Assembly: GCA_030704615.1 (NCBI GenBank)
Contig: CM060732.1
Location: 43,276,001 to 43,340,000, forward strand
DNA length: 64,000 nucleotides
Source of the DNA: Takakia lepidozioides
Lineage: Eukaryota; Plantae; Bryophyta
Reading direction: 5' to 3'
Shown here: one piece after another, positions 51,447 through 64,000 of the stretch
How positions within the stretch are numbered: the stretch's first letter is position 1
Layout of the letters: every line of letters starts with the position of its first letter
The notes under the pieces: model-generated
Seen by the model: the letters and a program-made list of their open reading frames with translations, nothing else
Databases searched by the model: none
What the model was told of the DNA's origin: nothing
Made by a program: the position numbers and the translations under genes

Positions 51447-52349
51447 CGCCCACCCACGTGATGGGAATAAATGCTGTGCAGCTCACACAAATCTCAAATC
51501 AGCTGTCTCCCTCTTCTACCTAGCAATCACGTGCTCCCCATCGCATCCTTCCTACTGCTTCGCTTTACTTCTCCACGCGGCACCGTCCCATAAGCGTCCT
51601 CCATCCTCGTAACAAACCCAAGTGCAGCGCCGTCAGCCGTGAGCACGGCAAGGCGAGATGGGTAGCTCAGAGCAGACAGACAGCTGGGAGCAAGCGGGAG
51701 GGGGTCAGCGGCTGGCAGTCATGGCCGTCTAGGGCCCTGCAATCACGGCTCAGACTCCATATCTTCCTGCCGCCATGTGAGCACCCACTTGAAATGCGGG
51801 AATAGATTGCCCATGCTGCAGCCATTCATACTATCTCAAATACATCCGCTCCTCGCAGGCATTGGAAGAACCTCCAGACTCTTGTAGACACGAAAGCCAC
51901 CCTGAAACAGCCTCGTTCCTGCACACTTTTGAGCTCGATATGGCAAATCGAAAAGTGTTGCGAGTCCCACAGATCCTCTTTTGCGTTCTTGTGATTGGCC
52001 TCCCTCGCCGTGTCCAATCCCCTTCGCACGCTCTGACTCAGCAGCTGCAGATCTGAGGGTGGGCAGGATGCTGAGCCCATGATGTAGGCAGCAGTAACAG
52101 CATTGTGATTGGGACAAGTTGAGGGCTTGGGCGAGAAAGGCGCCCTCATTTGGAGGCTGTTGCTACGGACCTCCAGCGCAGCCTTGGTTGGCTCCTTGCC
52201 TCTTGTTGCCTCTTGTGGCCTGCAAATCCCATATTTGTAGCAGCCCATTGTGGGGTCAAGCGTGCAACTTCACATGGGTACATTGCTATTAGCATCCATA
52301 GCCTTGCAAGACTCTCAGACCTCTAAAACCAGACTCACTAGAGATGGAC

Positions 52350-52735
52350 TTTCTCAAGTGTAAAAAGCTTTATAAAGGACCCAAGTGAGGGCTCTATCCG
52401 ATCTTCTTCATTGAGACAAAACTTTAGATCTCCAGTGTAACAAGCTTTATAAAAGAACCAAATGAGGGCTCTATCCGATCTTCTTCATTGAGACAAAACT
52501 TCAGATCTCCGGTGTAAAAAGCTTTATAAAAGAACCAAATGAGGGCTCTATCCGATCTTCTAAGTTCATTGAGACAAAACTTTAGATCTCCGGTGTAACA
52601 AGCTTTATAAAAGAACCAAATGAGGGTTCTATCTGATCTTCTCCATTGAGAAAAAAATTTAGATCTCCAGTGTAAAAAGCTTTATAAAAGAACCAAATGA
52701 GGGCTCTATCTTCTTCATCGGGACAAAACTTCAGA
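52350..52735. repeat. Five ~77-bp tandem repeats (minisatellite)
   Basis: Unit gatctcc.gtgtaa.aagctttataaaagaaccaaatgagggctctatccgatcttcttcattgagacaaaactt.a, head to tail. Confidence 0.95.
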
Positions 52736-53787
52736 TACAGGAGGTTAGGTTACAACAACATACAGTTCAATATCCAATCTTCATCTTAGTTCTTGAACAA
52801 TTGTGGGTCGGGCAAGCCTCTAGTGATTGAACCATGTCTAGCCAACCCCAAGGTGTGGGGGAGTGGTTGAAAATGCGAAGGCCCCTGCTTTTGTCTTGTT
52901 GAAATTTTTTGTGGGATGGATTGGAACCGCCATGGAATCATCTCCATAACTTGGCATCCAGTTCGGACAAACATGAATCTATTGAGACAATACAACCGAC
53001 TATGTGCTCTCTCGTGCCACTAGCACACTTTGCAAGCATCCCATTTAGTGTGTTGTTCGTGTCATGCGTCGCAAAACAGGCAAGCAAATACATTACATCA
53101 TACTGCACATCCAGGGGTTCCTTAATTTGTCATTGGATAGGTGGGGAACAGTTCCATCAGAGTTTCTTCATGTTTTGATTCATACAAGTAATAACATAAG
53201 GTTAAATTGTACCACTCTCTCGGATTACTATAACCACCTTACAGTTATTATACTCACACACAGTTGAACCTAACCCACTCCTTTTCCTTACAAGCACTGA
53301 GACACAGGGCAGAGATAGGAGATGGGAGCTTCTTGCAGTTGCTAAACCATCAATGCCATTTGAACTACATTGTTAGGACCAACAGAGAGATGGACATGAT
53401 GTGATTCTTTGTTAAGCTACCTATAGTTATGAAGCGTTTCTGCACTCTTTAGGATAGGAGAGAGAGAAGATGCAAAGGCTTAAATGTGTTGCAGAATATC
53501 TCAGCAGTGGTGGTGAGGTTCCATGTGCACATGATCATGTGTCAAGCCCTGACCAAAATATGAAGGAGAGAGACAGAGATGATGACCATTGCGGTGTAAT
53601 GCTACTGTTGTTGAGGGCTCACTTCTCTAGCACTTGAGCCTTAGTTTCTCCTGGAGTCAGGTCCTGCACTGGACCATAGTTCAATTGTGTTGATTTAGAC
53701 CTGAGGAGGACCATGACCGCAGGCATCCCCACAATCCTACCATAGGAGTACAGTACCAAATAAAAAACACGACAGAAGATCTAGACC

Positions 53788-56700
53788 ATGTTAACAACTT
53801 TGTATGATGCTGTTGCGAGTGGTGCAACCGCCGAGGTCAGCCGCCTCTTAACTCGACCTGAGATTGATCCCACTGCAGCAGGGCCTGATGGCAGAACACC
53901 TCTCCATGTGGCTGTAGAAGATGGGAAGGTGGAGATAGTGAAGCTGCTCTTGATGCAACCAGCAGTCAAACCATATGCCCTGCTCGATGACCTTAATCGG
54001 ACACCACTGCATGCTGCTGCCTGGAAAGGGCATGGTCCAGTGGTGGAGGTCCTGCTCGCTACAAGGCCAATGAGGCCAGATGCCTTGAGTTCTAATCCAG
54101 GGCCTGAAACTCCAAAAACTGAGCCTGTGCCACCAGCGGAGGGACCTGCCATCCTGGTTGTTACGGAACCCAAAGCTCCAGGAACCTCAGAGGTTGTCCA
54201 GACCGTGGCAGAAATCCCTCAGCCGCCGGCTCAGGAAGATGGCGGAGGCAGCATGAGCTCAGTAGCTCAGGGCATTGGCCAACGGCTCTTTGGTGCTCCA
54301 CAGGCAGGGACTAGCGTTATAGAGCGGTATATCTCAACAACCCACAAACGTATCTAGAGTTGCTGTAGTCAATCTGAGTTGTAGGAAGCGTGGAAGTCTG
54401 TGGTAAGAATCACCCTCATTTCCTCTCATGAACACAAGTGAGTAATCACAGAGAGACACGGTCCAAAATTAATTGCCATTGCCACTGCAGCATTGCTCAA
54501 AAGCCGTATTGATCCAAAGAATTGAGTCATGTTTGCTGACTTTTTCTCTCCATCACATGTCAGGATCGAATCAGTCCTGGCAAGCAGGCATGTTCAGCCT
54601 GCTGAACTTTCTCGTGTGGACGTGAATGCCAAGGCCAGGGAGAAATTTGTGGAGTCCAGATGGTCATTGACCCACACCATTTCTGCCCAGGACAGGGCTG
54701 ACTGGTCCCAAAGAGGGTTCACCCCTCTTCACTTGGCTTCATGGAGTGGCAGCGAGGAAGTTGTGAGGCTTCTGCTAGCAGAGCCAGAAACGGACTTGGA
54801 TGCAGAGACCTCTGAGAGGTTCACCCCTCTGCACATGGCTGCAGACAGGGGGCACGAGCTGGTAGTGCATCTGCTTCTTGAAGAGCATGCGAGACGAAAG
54901 CCTGAGAGATCCATGCACCAGGCGAGTCACCTGGGTGACAAACGAGGCATGCATTCCATGAACCCTGACAGGGATTCAAGATTGCTCAAGTTCCAGGACT
55001 CGGAAAAGGCACAGCAAGCACCTGGTCCGGCCAATGCTAGGGATTGTGTGGGGCGCACTCCTTTGCATTATGCTGCAAGGCAAGGTCGGGCATTCACAGT
55101 CACAGAGCTGATAGAGTGGGATGATACCTTCGTTAACGCTGCAGACAGTGATGGACTTCTACCAATGCACATGGCTGCTAGGGGAGGGCATGCTGCAGTG
55201 GCAGAATTGCTTCTATATGAATATCACTGGGGGCCAATTGTCCTTAAAGGCCATCCAGAAGGCTTGGTCAGTAAAGCCAGTACCCCCAAAAAACTGATAC
55301 TGCCAGAAGGGTTGGTCCGGGAGCTCCTTCCTCGGCCTGATCTGTCAGATGCATTTGCTGATGTTATTGAAGGATCCACACCCCTACATATGGCTGCAAT
55401 CGAGGGCCACAGTGAGGTGCTATTGAAACTGCTAAGATATTTGGATATAAAAGCTCAAAATGGCAACAAGCAGACTGCACTAGATCTTGTTATCCAGCGC
55501 CTACAAGACAAGAAGTGGGAAGCTTCGAACCAGCTTATTGAGGTATTTAAGCTTCTTCTCATTTGTATGCCAAAAGTGGCAGAAGTCTCTGAGTCCGACA
55601 TCAAGTTTTTGCAAACTTTGAAACTGAACACAGACTCGGGCCGAGAAAACATCCTGTGGAAACTAGATGCTTTCGGCCTCGACACTCCTGCACTGGGGGG
55701 CAGCCAAGGGGAGTGCCTACCTTGTTCAAATGCTGCTAAGACAGCCAGGTGTAGATGTAAACTCTATCAGTGAGTTTGAGAGATTTACACCACTGCACTG
55801 TGCTGCAAAGTCGGGGCATACAGATGTGGTGAGGCTACTGATCGGCTCAAAAAACTTGAGGGCTAATGAGGAGGATATGTTAGGCCGGACAGCTGTGCAG
55901 ATAGCTGCAGAGAAGACGGAAGAAACTCGACGAGGACGAAAGAGAGGGGAAATAGAGGGTACAAACCCGCTGCAAGGTATAATTGAAATCAACTGGAGAG
56001 ATGTTGAGAAGCTCCTGATGGATCGGGACGATGTGAGAAGCTATGTGCAGCTTCTCTACCGAGACAGACAGGTTTTTGTGGATGGATCCAATGCTATCTT
56101 GGTGGGATCTGCTCTGATAGCCACTATCACATACGTGGGATGGATGACACCGCCCTTGGGATATGTCCCATACTACCATGCACAGGTATAGATGCACCCA
56201 ATATATCCAAGACTGCAAAGATGCCCTCAGCAATAAGAATTTGTCTAATTTAGGCAACGCTAGATTCTCTACCCGTTCCTTATGTCTCCCTCTTCATTTC
56301 TGTGAAGTGTGCAAAATGTAACATGTACCTAATCCAAACCTAGAGAGTGTTCCCAGATTTACAGTGTACCGATATTTGGCGTGTCCGCTATTGATATTAT
56401 TTAGTGTAGTGAAGCTGAATGCTGCAATTGTGTTTGGCAACCTTACCAGTTTGAAGAGCCCGAACCGGCTCCTCCCGGCACCTTTGCTTCGTTTGCTGCT
56501 ATTGAGCAATCCCAGAGCGTTCGCGTATACTGGGTATTCAACAGCTTGTCTTTCTTCTTCAGCATGGCATCAGTCATAGCAGGGGCTCAGGGAATACTAC
56601 CATCGCAAGGTAAGTTCATCAAAGAAGCAGTCCAGGATGCTCGAAGGGCACTTGCCTATGCCTCACTCCTACTGGTGGTCTCTATTGTCTTGGCACTCGG

Positions 56701-56893
56701 GGCTTTTGCAGCTAGTGGGATAGCAGTGCTTCCCCCAATACAGAAGTGGGAGAACTACATGAGCACCACAGCCTCATTTGGTGGTGTCGTGGCATTGATC
56801 TTTTCCGTCCGTTTTATGGTTCCCATTTTCAGAATGATGCGTCCCCAACATAGCATGAAGCGTTTCAGAAAACAACTTCAAAATGTGTACTGA
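53788..56893 (+). CDS. Ankyrin-repeat PGG-domain membrane protein (ACD6/ITN1-like) with one apparent frameshift
   Basis: Many TPLHxAA repeats; PGG-like region (LVGSALIATITYVGWMTPPLG ... VFNSLSFFFS) and TM helices; exons 53788-54326, 54564-~56184 and ~56450-56893; frame switch at about 55677. Confidence 0.85.
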
Positions 56894-57897
56894 TTGCATC
56901 ACATTCCTGTCATACAGCGAAATAGTTGGCTACACTATGTGGGGAGGAGGTTGGATTGGGGGAGGGGGGGTCGGGGAGGAAAGAGAATGTTCTCATAAAG
57001 AGTGATGCTAGGAATTGCCTACTTTCTCTGAAATAACAACTACTAGACTGTTCACTCACTCCACACCTTAGCAAGTAGACTGACGCATGCTTCCTACTGC
57101 CCACCCTTCTTGGGCATCTCCAAAGGTAGTGAACTGAAAGCCAAGGTTGTTTTTGATCCAATAGTGAAAGTAGTCATCTGCAGTTGCAAATAACAGTCTT
57201 TCACATGGTTGACAAGCGGGTATCCCGTAAGGATACCCACTCTACACTTCACTGACTGCATCAGAAAAAGGGAATGTATATGCTTTGATTTCAGCCACAT
57301 GGGGTTGCCTATTTCCAGCTGGACAAACTGTCAAAAGGTAAGGAGCCTCCTCCTTACCTCCTTACAAGAGGTAAGGAGCCCGTTTTTCTTTTGGACTTCA
57401 GCCCGACAGCCAATGGGTGGATGTTCCAGGAACTCCTGAAGGCCAAATGTTCATTGAATGCTAGATTTATACCATGCCTTCACTAATTCGCCTTTGACTC
57501 CTGGGGCCTCACTTACATCACAGTCAAACTATTCCAAGGACTTATCTAGGTCCTTCCTTCGAAAATGAGTTTGTCTCGATTAGATAAAAGGTCCAGACAC
57601 TGCAATCTTTCCAAGGTGTGTATAGAGGCAAAGATTCGTGTTATTAGACCTCCTACTAAATATAACATCTGAATACCAATATGCTCAAAGAATGGTTGAA
57701 CAAAATCTATTTCCTACTTTCTTAAGGAATAATGAGCCAAGTCAAAAAACTCACAACCACAGGACTATCCTCAACTAGATCAAACGACGAATTCAATTTC
57801 CTGACAGTTTTTCTCCAGCTGTGGAAAGAGAAAATATGTGCTATTTCTACAAATGTCGTTAGCAAGGTGTCAGTGTACTGAAAATCCTTACTGGTTC

Positions 57898-60800
57898 TCA
57901 CTCTGCGCGTGCTTCCCCTTCCAAACCCCATTCTTCTTCACCGTCATCAGTTCCATTACCATGATGTGGTTCCAAAAGCTCACCCTCCCCCTCAATGTAC
58001 TCTTCAGTCTCATCAAACCCTGCCTCTGGTGTAACTTCCTGCTCGGCGTCCTCTTGGTGGTCATCTTCTGCGTAGTCCCCGTCCTGCATTATCCATTTGA
58101 CAAAAACGTGAGAAACACATAATTCTTACTTACTGACAGTCTGGTGAAACCCATAAGCATCGCCACTTCCACAAAAAACAGAATGATTGTTCTCCACCCC
58201 AGTTCTTAAAAAGATTTGCTGCAACAAAAAAAATAAAGATACTAAAGATACTTGGTGTTAAGACCTGAGCAAATGGAGGTGACACGTAGTAGAAAAGTAA
58301 TCAAACCTCATGTAAAGAGTGGCCATTTTCTACCGGGATGTCTCCATTCGTGTGCTGTCTCTTGAGCTCTTCTATCAAATCCCCATTCTGGCTGCCGATG
58401 TAACTTGCGTAGGCCTTTGCAGGAGGAAACTTTCCCCTGCCATGTCACAAGAAGACACGATGAATTTTCTACACAGAAGAAAATGCACAGTTGACAACTC
58501 TTGCAATATATAAGCCCATCGCAGGCATCAGCACTCTGGAGCTCCATGAAAGCCTGGCAGAAAAGCCCCATCAAAAGTGCACTTGACATGCATCATCATG
58601 TGTTCCTTTTCGCACTCTGGGGGATGACCACAGAATAACTTCTTAAAACATTCATACCAATTTTCTTCTTCATGACCAGGATCAGCCAACAACTCACTCC
58701 CAACATTACACACAGCTTTCAGCTCATGAACTGGGTTATGTCAGCCGAGTCGTGAGGGAATATCAACACTGGATATTTCACAATGCAAAAGTTGCACTGC
58801 TGCAATTTTCTCTCACCTGTTCTCTTTAAGGCTAGCTTCTGCATCCAATGCCAATTGCCAGTCTGGAAACAAGTTGGGGTACTCCTGAGGGTCTGCCAAG
58901 GATTCAGCAGCTCTCTGATTGATCTGCATGCACTCCCACAAGACAGTTCAGGTCACAGATTCTGGGTTGAGATGCCTTCCCTGTGGGTTCATTAAGTACG
59001 CATTTAATCCAGTGTGGTCTAGAGACCAGAGAACTGCTTAATCTGGAAGAAGGAGAGAAAGGGAGGATGAGGGGGACATGGGAGAGGGTTACCAAGGGTC
59101 GCAGGGCAGAACAGGTCACTGGAGACTAGCTTCAGTACCTTCATAGATAAGGTGCTTTCCAACATCCCAAAATTCCTCCCACAACTCTTGAGAAGAAATG
59201 GTGACCCCAAACTCTGGCTGAAAAGGGGCATTGAAGGGCATTGCACCATAAGATGCTCCCAGTTGCATGGACGTTGTATGATGCAGTTTCAGTGGTTTTT
59301 AATAGGCTGGTGGATCAGGATGAGCAGGTTCGCAAATACAACTTCGCATTCCTACATTGACCTAAATCTTTCCCCAAAAGTGGGTTGTTTTCTTCCAAGC
59401 TGGCTTGACTTGTTGTTTGGAAGAGCGGCCGCTTCTTAGGATGTGTACGTGTCTGGAGGAGGGCCGGACACAAACATCACAAAAGAGGGAGCATTTAGGT
59501 GGCTTGCTAACTTTTTTCAAATCATTGCGCCAAAAGGGCACAACATTGGAGACCTCACTTGGCAAGTAGGTACGGGTAAGGAAAGCAGCCTCCGGTAATC
59601 GATTGCTGCAGGAACACCACAACAAAGCACTTGGCCATAACATATCCACTTATCTCCAATTCCCAAAAAAGCAACACCAAATACATAGACATTACAGAAC
59701 AAAAAAGCATCTGGAAGGCAAACACGCTTGCAGACGACTTGCAAGGCATACTAAAGATATAGCAATAAGCGAGTCTAGTAGACATAGAGGCATAATAAAG
59801 GGGCAAAAATTGCATATAAGAGTCGCAAAGGAAAAATCAGAAAAGACAGCTACCTTTCTATGAGCAGTTGTACACAATCCTCCACTTTTCCAAGCAGGAA
59901 GAGACAAAGGAAAGCCACATTGTTTTTCCCTTGTTCCCTAGCCAAGGCAGGCAAAAGTTTTCCAATCCTTCCGCATCTCCTAGTGCAGAATAAATCAGTA
60001 AAAGTCCACTTTAATCTGCTGCATGACCCAGGCATTCTTCTGCAACATCCAACTGCACCACATCCACACATCCCTGTCAGGAAAAAGTGTATTGATGTGA
60101 TCAACTCTGATAAAGGACAAATGTACTCATCAAATATGCTGGAGACAAAACACCTGAAAAGATGGTGTGCTGAAGATGACCACATGAACAACTCCAAAGA
60201 GGTGTGATCATTAATAATGCTGGTGACTCTGAAGGGTCCAAAGGGTTGCCTAGCTAGCTCAATATCCTGTGCATGAGGATGCACACAAGAGAAATCAACT
60301 GTACCCTCAAAGCGGCGATCAAATCAACTAAAGGAACAAATTTTCACGATCTGCTTTGGTCTCTTGTAGGAAGATAGATTACAAATCTACCCTTCCAGCA
60401 GACATGGCCAATTCTCCCAGCTGTTTCCATTTGGACTCACTCTGAGCCTCTTCTGCAATAGCCTGCACATAACAATGACAAACTGTCTCTTAAGTTGTCC
60501 TCCTCGTCTGATTTCCTACGCTGGGTAAGGAGTAGATTGCTCAATGTGACAGCATGATAAACTCTGAACTCACATTTGAGAGGTAACCAGAGATAAAAAG
60601 AACTGTGAGAGAACTGGAAAGAAGATGTGAGCTGGCCAAGAGTGGGATACAAACCTTGGCAACTTCAAGCCTGCCAAGCTGCACAGCAAGGTCAAACTTG
60701 TAATCAGCCTCAGAGGCAATCTCAAGGGCCTCCTCCAACATGCCTCGCGACTCCAAGAACCGTGCCACACTGCCATCCAGAAAATTATCAAATCTTTGCA

Positions 60801-63800
60801 TTTAAGAAAGGTCCTGAAACTCCCAGATCTCCCAAAAGAGTTGGGATCTTATGCTTACCTGTTCATGTGTTCCTTAGGGATAGTGGGCAAGACTTCTTCT
60901 GCCCTTTGGAAATCTCCACGCAAAACAAGAGTTTTGTACTCGATCAAACTTAGCAACAACGTGTAGCTCATGACGCTGCATCCGAAACACCCAGTCAGGA
61001 CATTAACGGTGCTCCACAAAAACATTATCAATAAAATCTACACCAGACCTCTGAGTACGAGACAAGGTATGTGCACCAGTCACATTTATACAGGAACATG
61101 AGGCAAAACTGGCAATGCTGCTGCCCCAGCACCTGTGGAGGAGGCCCCTCCTGTTGTCACCATGTGCTACCCCTGTTAATCCCAGGATAGTATTAAACTG
61201 TCCAAAATATATGTGTGAGTCCATGATGAATGCCACAGCTGCAGCCAAGTGCACGATGGCATGCAGGTTACAAATAACACCCCATAACTGATGATGAGAA
61301 ATGATGTTCTCTGCACCAATACAGCTTTATTTTCTTATAATAATGAGCAAACAGAGACAGACAAGAGAATCCTGAGGCAAAAGCAAACTGAGGGCTATCT
61401 TAGTGAGGATGCAGATTCAGGGGAATGTAATTGGACTTGAAATGAATAAAAATACATTTGATCAAATATATTGTATTATATTAAGATGCAATGGCAGCTT
61501 CGGATATTGGGAGAGGTCATCAGCAGATCAAAGGCCATACTGATCAACTCACTGAGATTGGCACATTAAATCAGCTGGTTAGCTGTCAAAACCAGAGGAG
61601 AATGAACAAGTTGGGATTGAAGATAACATACTTGAACTCCTTATCAATAAGATACACGCGACTTTGATTGGCCAAGTATCCAAGTAGATACATGGGACGA
61701 TCCAAATGAAACATTGTAGTCACCTGCAAGCATCCACCAACATGGACATGTTTGCAAATGGTTTTTAAAAGGTTGAGTACACAAGGACCGACCAAGCGGG
61801 ATCAAAATGCAGGGAGCAGATCAGAACAACCCGACGGACTCTATTCTGATTAGACACCAAATCTTTACGATGTAAGCAGAGTCTTTGCCTCTTCAAACCA
61901 AGAACCCTACAAGGGTATCCCGCATGTCCATAACACTTCAAGAAGCTGTTCATGCCACAGGCACACGAGGGCCCGGAGGTCCGGAAGGTGAGCATGCATG
62001 CACCTCTCATAATGTTTACACATTTGAAATGGATTAAATGACAGAACTGATGTCTGGGATGAAGCTTTCCCTGTCCATTCTAGCAGGAATGTTTGAACTC
62101 ATTTCCATGGCTGGACATATATAATTCGCAGGTTTATCTCAAGTCCTGAGAAGGTCTTTGCAGAGGATAATTACCTCTCCACCAACACAGTAATTAAGCC
62201 GCCAAGTTGAGTTGTTGTAAATGAAGCAGTCGCCCACCCAAATACCAGTACGAACTCGCTCAGATATTTCATGCAGAAGTTCAAAAGCATCCTCCACCCC
62301 TTGCTCATCCACTGGCTTGCCACTTTCCAGGTACCCAGCAACCGCCTCCCGCTGAAACAGATCAGACAGATAGAACAGTCTCTGTTACTAGATCCCAAAG
62401 AAGTTAGTCCTAGTCCTGCTGTAGCTACCATGCTGTCATATTAGTCTAGAAATTATGTGTAGGAGGTAAGGGTGGAGTTGAGTGAAAGCCACCCAACATT
62501 TAGCTACCAAGTAATGGGCAACTTCTTCAGTTTTGCAGAGCAATACAACCCACCAACATCCAACTACCAGATCAAGCACAGAAAAGGTATAACTACCACT
62601 AAGGTGCAGTGTGGTTAAAGCTCCTATGCTAGACTAGCCAGAGAGAAATTTGACCAAGACAAATCTGGGAAATCATAGTGAAAAGCAGTAAAAGGCTTAC
62701 ATTGTACTTGAGGATGTAGAAGGAGTTATCACTTGCAATGGCAACCAAATCTCCACCATCTGACCAGTATATATTCTGCATTCACAAATGAACAAGCACA
62801 TTCCCCAGGGATGAGGTCTCAAATTGATACATCTTACCTTACCTGAACTCCAATGGGTCAAATAAGTGATGGACTGAGGTCTCGTACTTCTAAGCAGAAC
62901 AAGCTGAGAAGGTAGCTGGTTGGACCATTCACAAGAGGGTGAATGGATCAAAAGACACCGTTACTTTGGAAAAGCTGTTAACTAGTACAGTGATGTTACC
63001 AAAGTCCTGTGCGTTGTCTTCTACCTTAACAATGACATCGATCCTCCGGACAACACGACACTCAGCCCAATCATAGAAACAGACGAAGTCATTGGATCGA
63101 ACTGCCAGCAGACATCCGCCATAGATCCCTTCTGCTGAGAATGTTGGCCGAATGCTTTTCCGTTCCTGCAAAAATAGATGAGTGATAAATCACATTGCAT
63201 GCTCATGTATGACCTGAACACGTCAAATGACAAAGGCTGATGTCAACAAATGCCCAACTTCCTTGGGAAAATTAACACAAACCAGAAAATAAACATAGAC
63301 ATAAACATTGAATGAATCTAGTACATCTCTGGAACATTTCGTGGGAAACTTGTGTTTATGTGCAGGTTAGTTGTTAAGCTGAGCCTGAAGCAAATACAGG
63401 GCTGTATGTATGCATTCATACCTGAAACAGCTTGCTGAATATTTTGATCTTGGATGTACTCTCCCGAACAGCATATTCACCATCAATTGACCAAGCAAAC
63501 TCCAAAGCAGAGCCAAACGAACGATTCCTCCATGCAAGAGCCGTGTAGATGATGTATTCCCCATCACCACATACCACCACAAACCTGCCATTTGGGTTAT
63601 GCCTCAAGCTCTGCGTCCCAACACCACGTATTATGACTTGAGCATTTGAAGACAGTTCTCTAGAGACGAAAGAACCAACGGAACGCAACAGCTTGAAAGT
63701 GCCCTGCATCCATAGTAAGGACATTATCCTGGCCCCTTTAGGCAGAGTAAAAGATTCCCAGAGGGGTATAGACCTATGAATCGAGCGAGAACACAGCAAT

Positions 63801-64000
63801 CACCTGAGGATAAAGATCACAGCTCCCTAGCTCCTTCACAGCCAATGGCAAACGCTCCCCATCAGTCACCTGCACATCATCCAGAAGACTGGAGCAGTCA
63901 GAGAAACGAGCTCAGGCTGAAGCTCCTCTGCCTACAAGAGCGAACCCAAATAAGGTGACCAAGACAAGACGATGCCAACTAATGATGAACCCACTATTCA
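57898..64000 (-). CDS. COPB2: Coatomer beta' subunit (beta'-COP), 3' portion; one exon disrupted
   Basis: [93 protein letters not shown]; 5' exons lie beyond the window. Confidence 0.93.

Noticed and set aside
52350-52735. Possible CRISPR array
   Set aside because: Units are head to tail with no unique spacers, there are no cas genes, and the context is eukaryotic

Overview
Eukaryotic nuclear DNA from a non-seed land plant. It has GT-AG introns and moss-like PLS-PPR motif wording such as FESDVRVGTALI; the taxon is an inference. In order, the window holds: a multiply frameshifted TORNADO1-like LRR-Roc-COR gene (-); a PPR E-domain relic (+); an intact PLS-DYW RNA-editing PPR gene (-); a nest of APE-type LINE fragments with (TC)n tails; a second, disrupted PLS-DYW gene (+) whose spliced 5' exons encode an OSB-type PDF nucleic-acid-binding motif; further LINE fragments; an uncharacterised RPIAPKP-family gene with two PAS-like segments and uORFs; a GC-rich island; a nest of hAT-like, MITE and tRNA-SINE elements; tRNA-Ser(GCT) beside a compact structured element; an orphan ~1165-aa Q/H-rich protein gene; a zf-MYND ubiquitin-specific protease; a conserved unknown gene ending TIDxDFDEYFSKLML; a 77-bp tandem array; a frameshifted ankyrin-PGG gene; and the 3' part of a beta'-COP gene with a stop and a frameshift in one exon. 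The most unusual signals are the PDF-PLS-DYW fusion and a LINE copy flanked by (TC)n on both sides. All exon models, translations and folds were worked out by eye; no searches were run.
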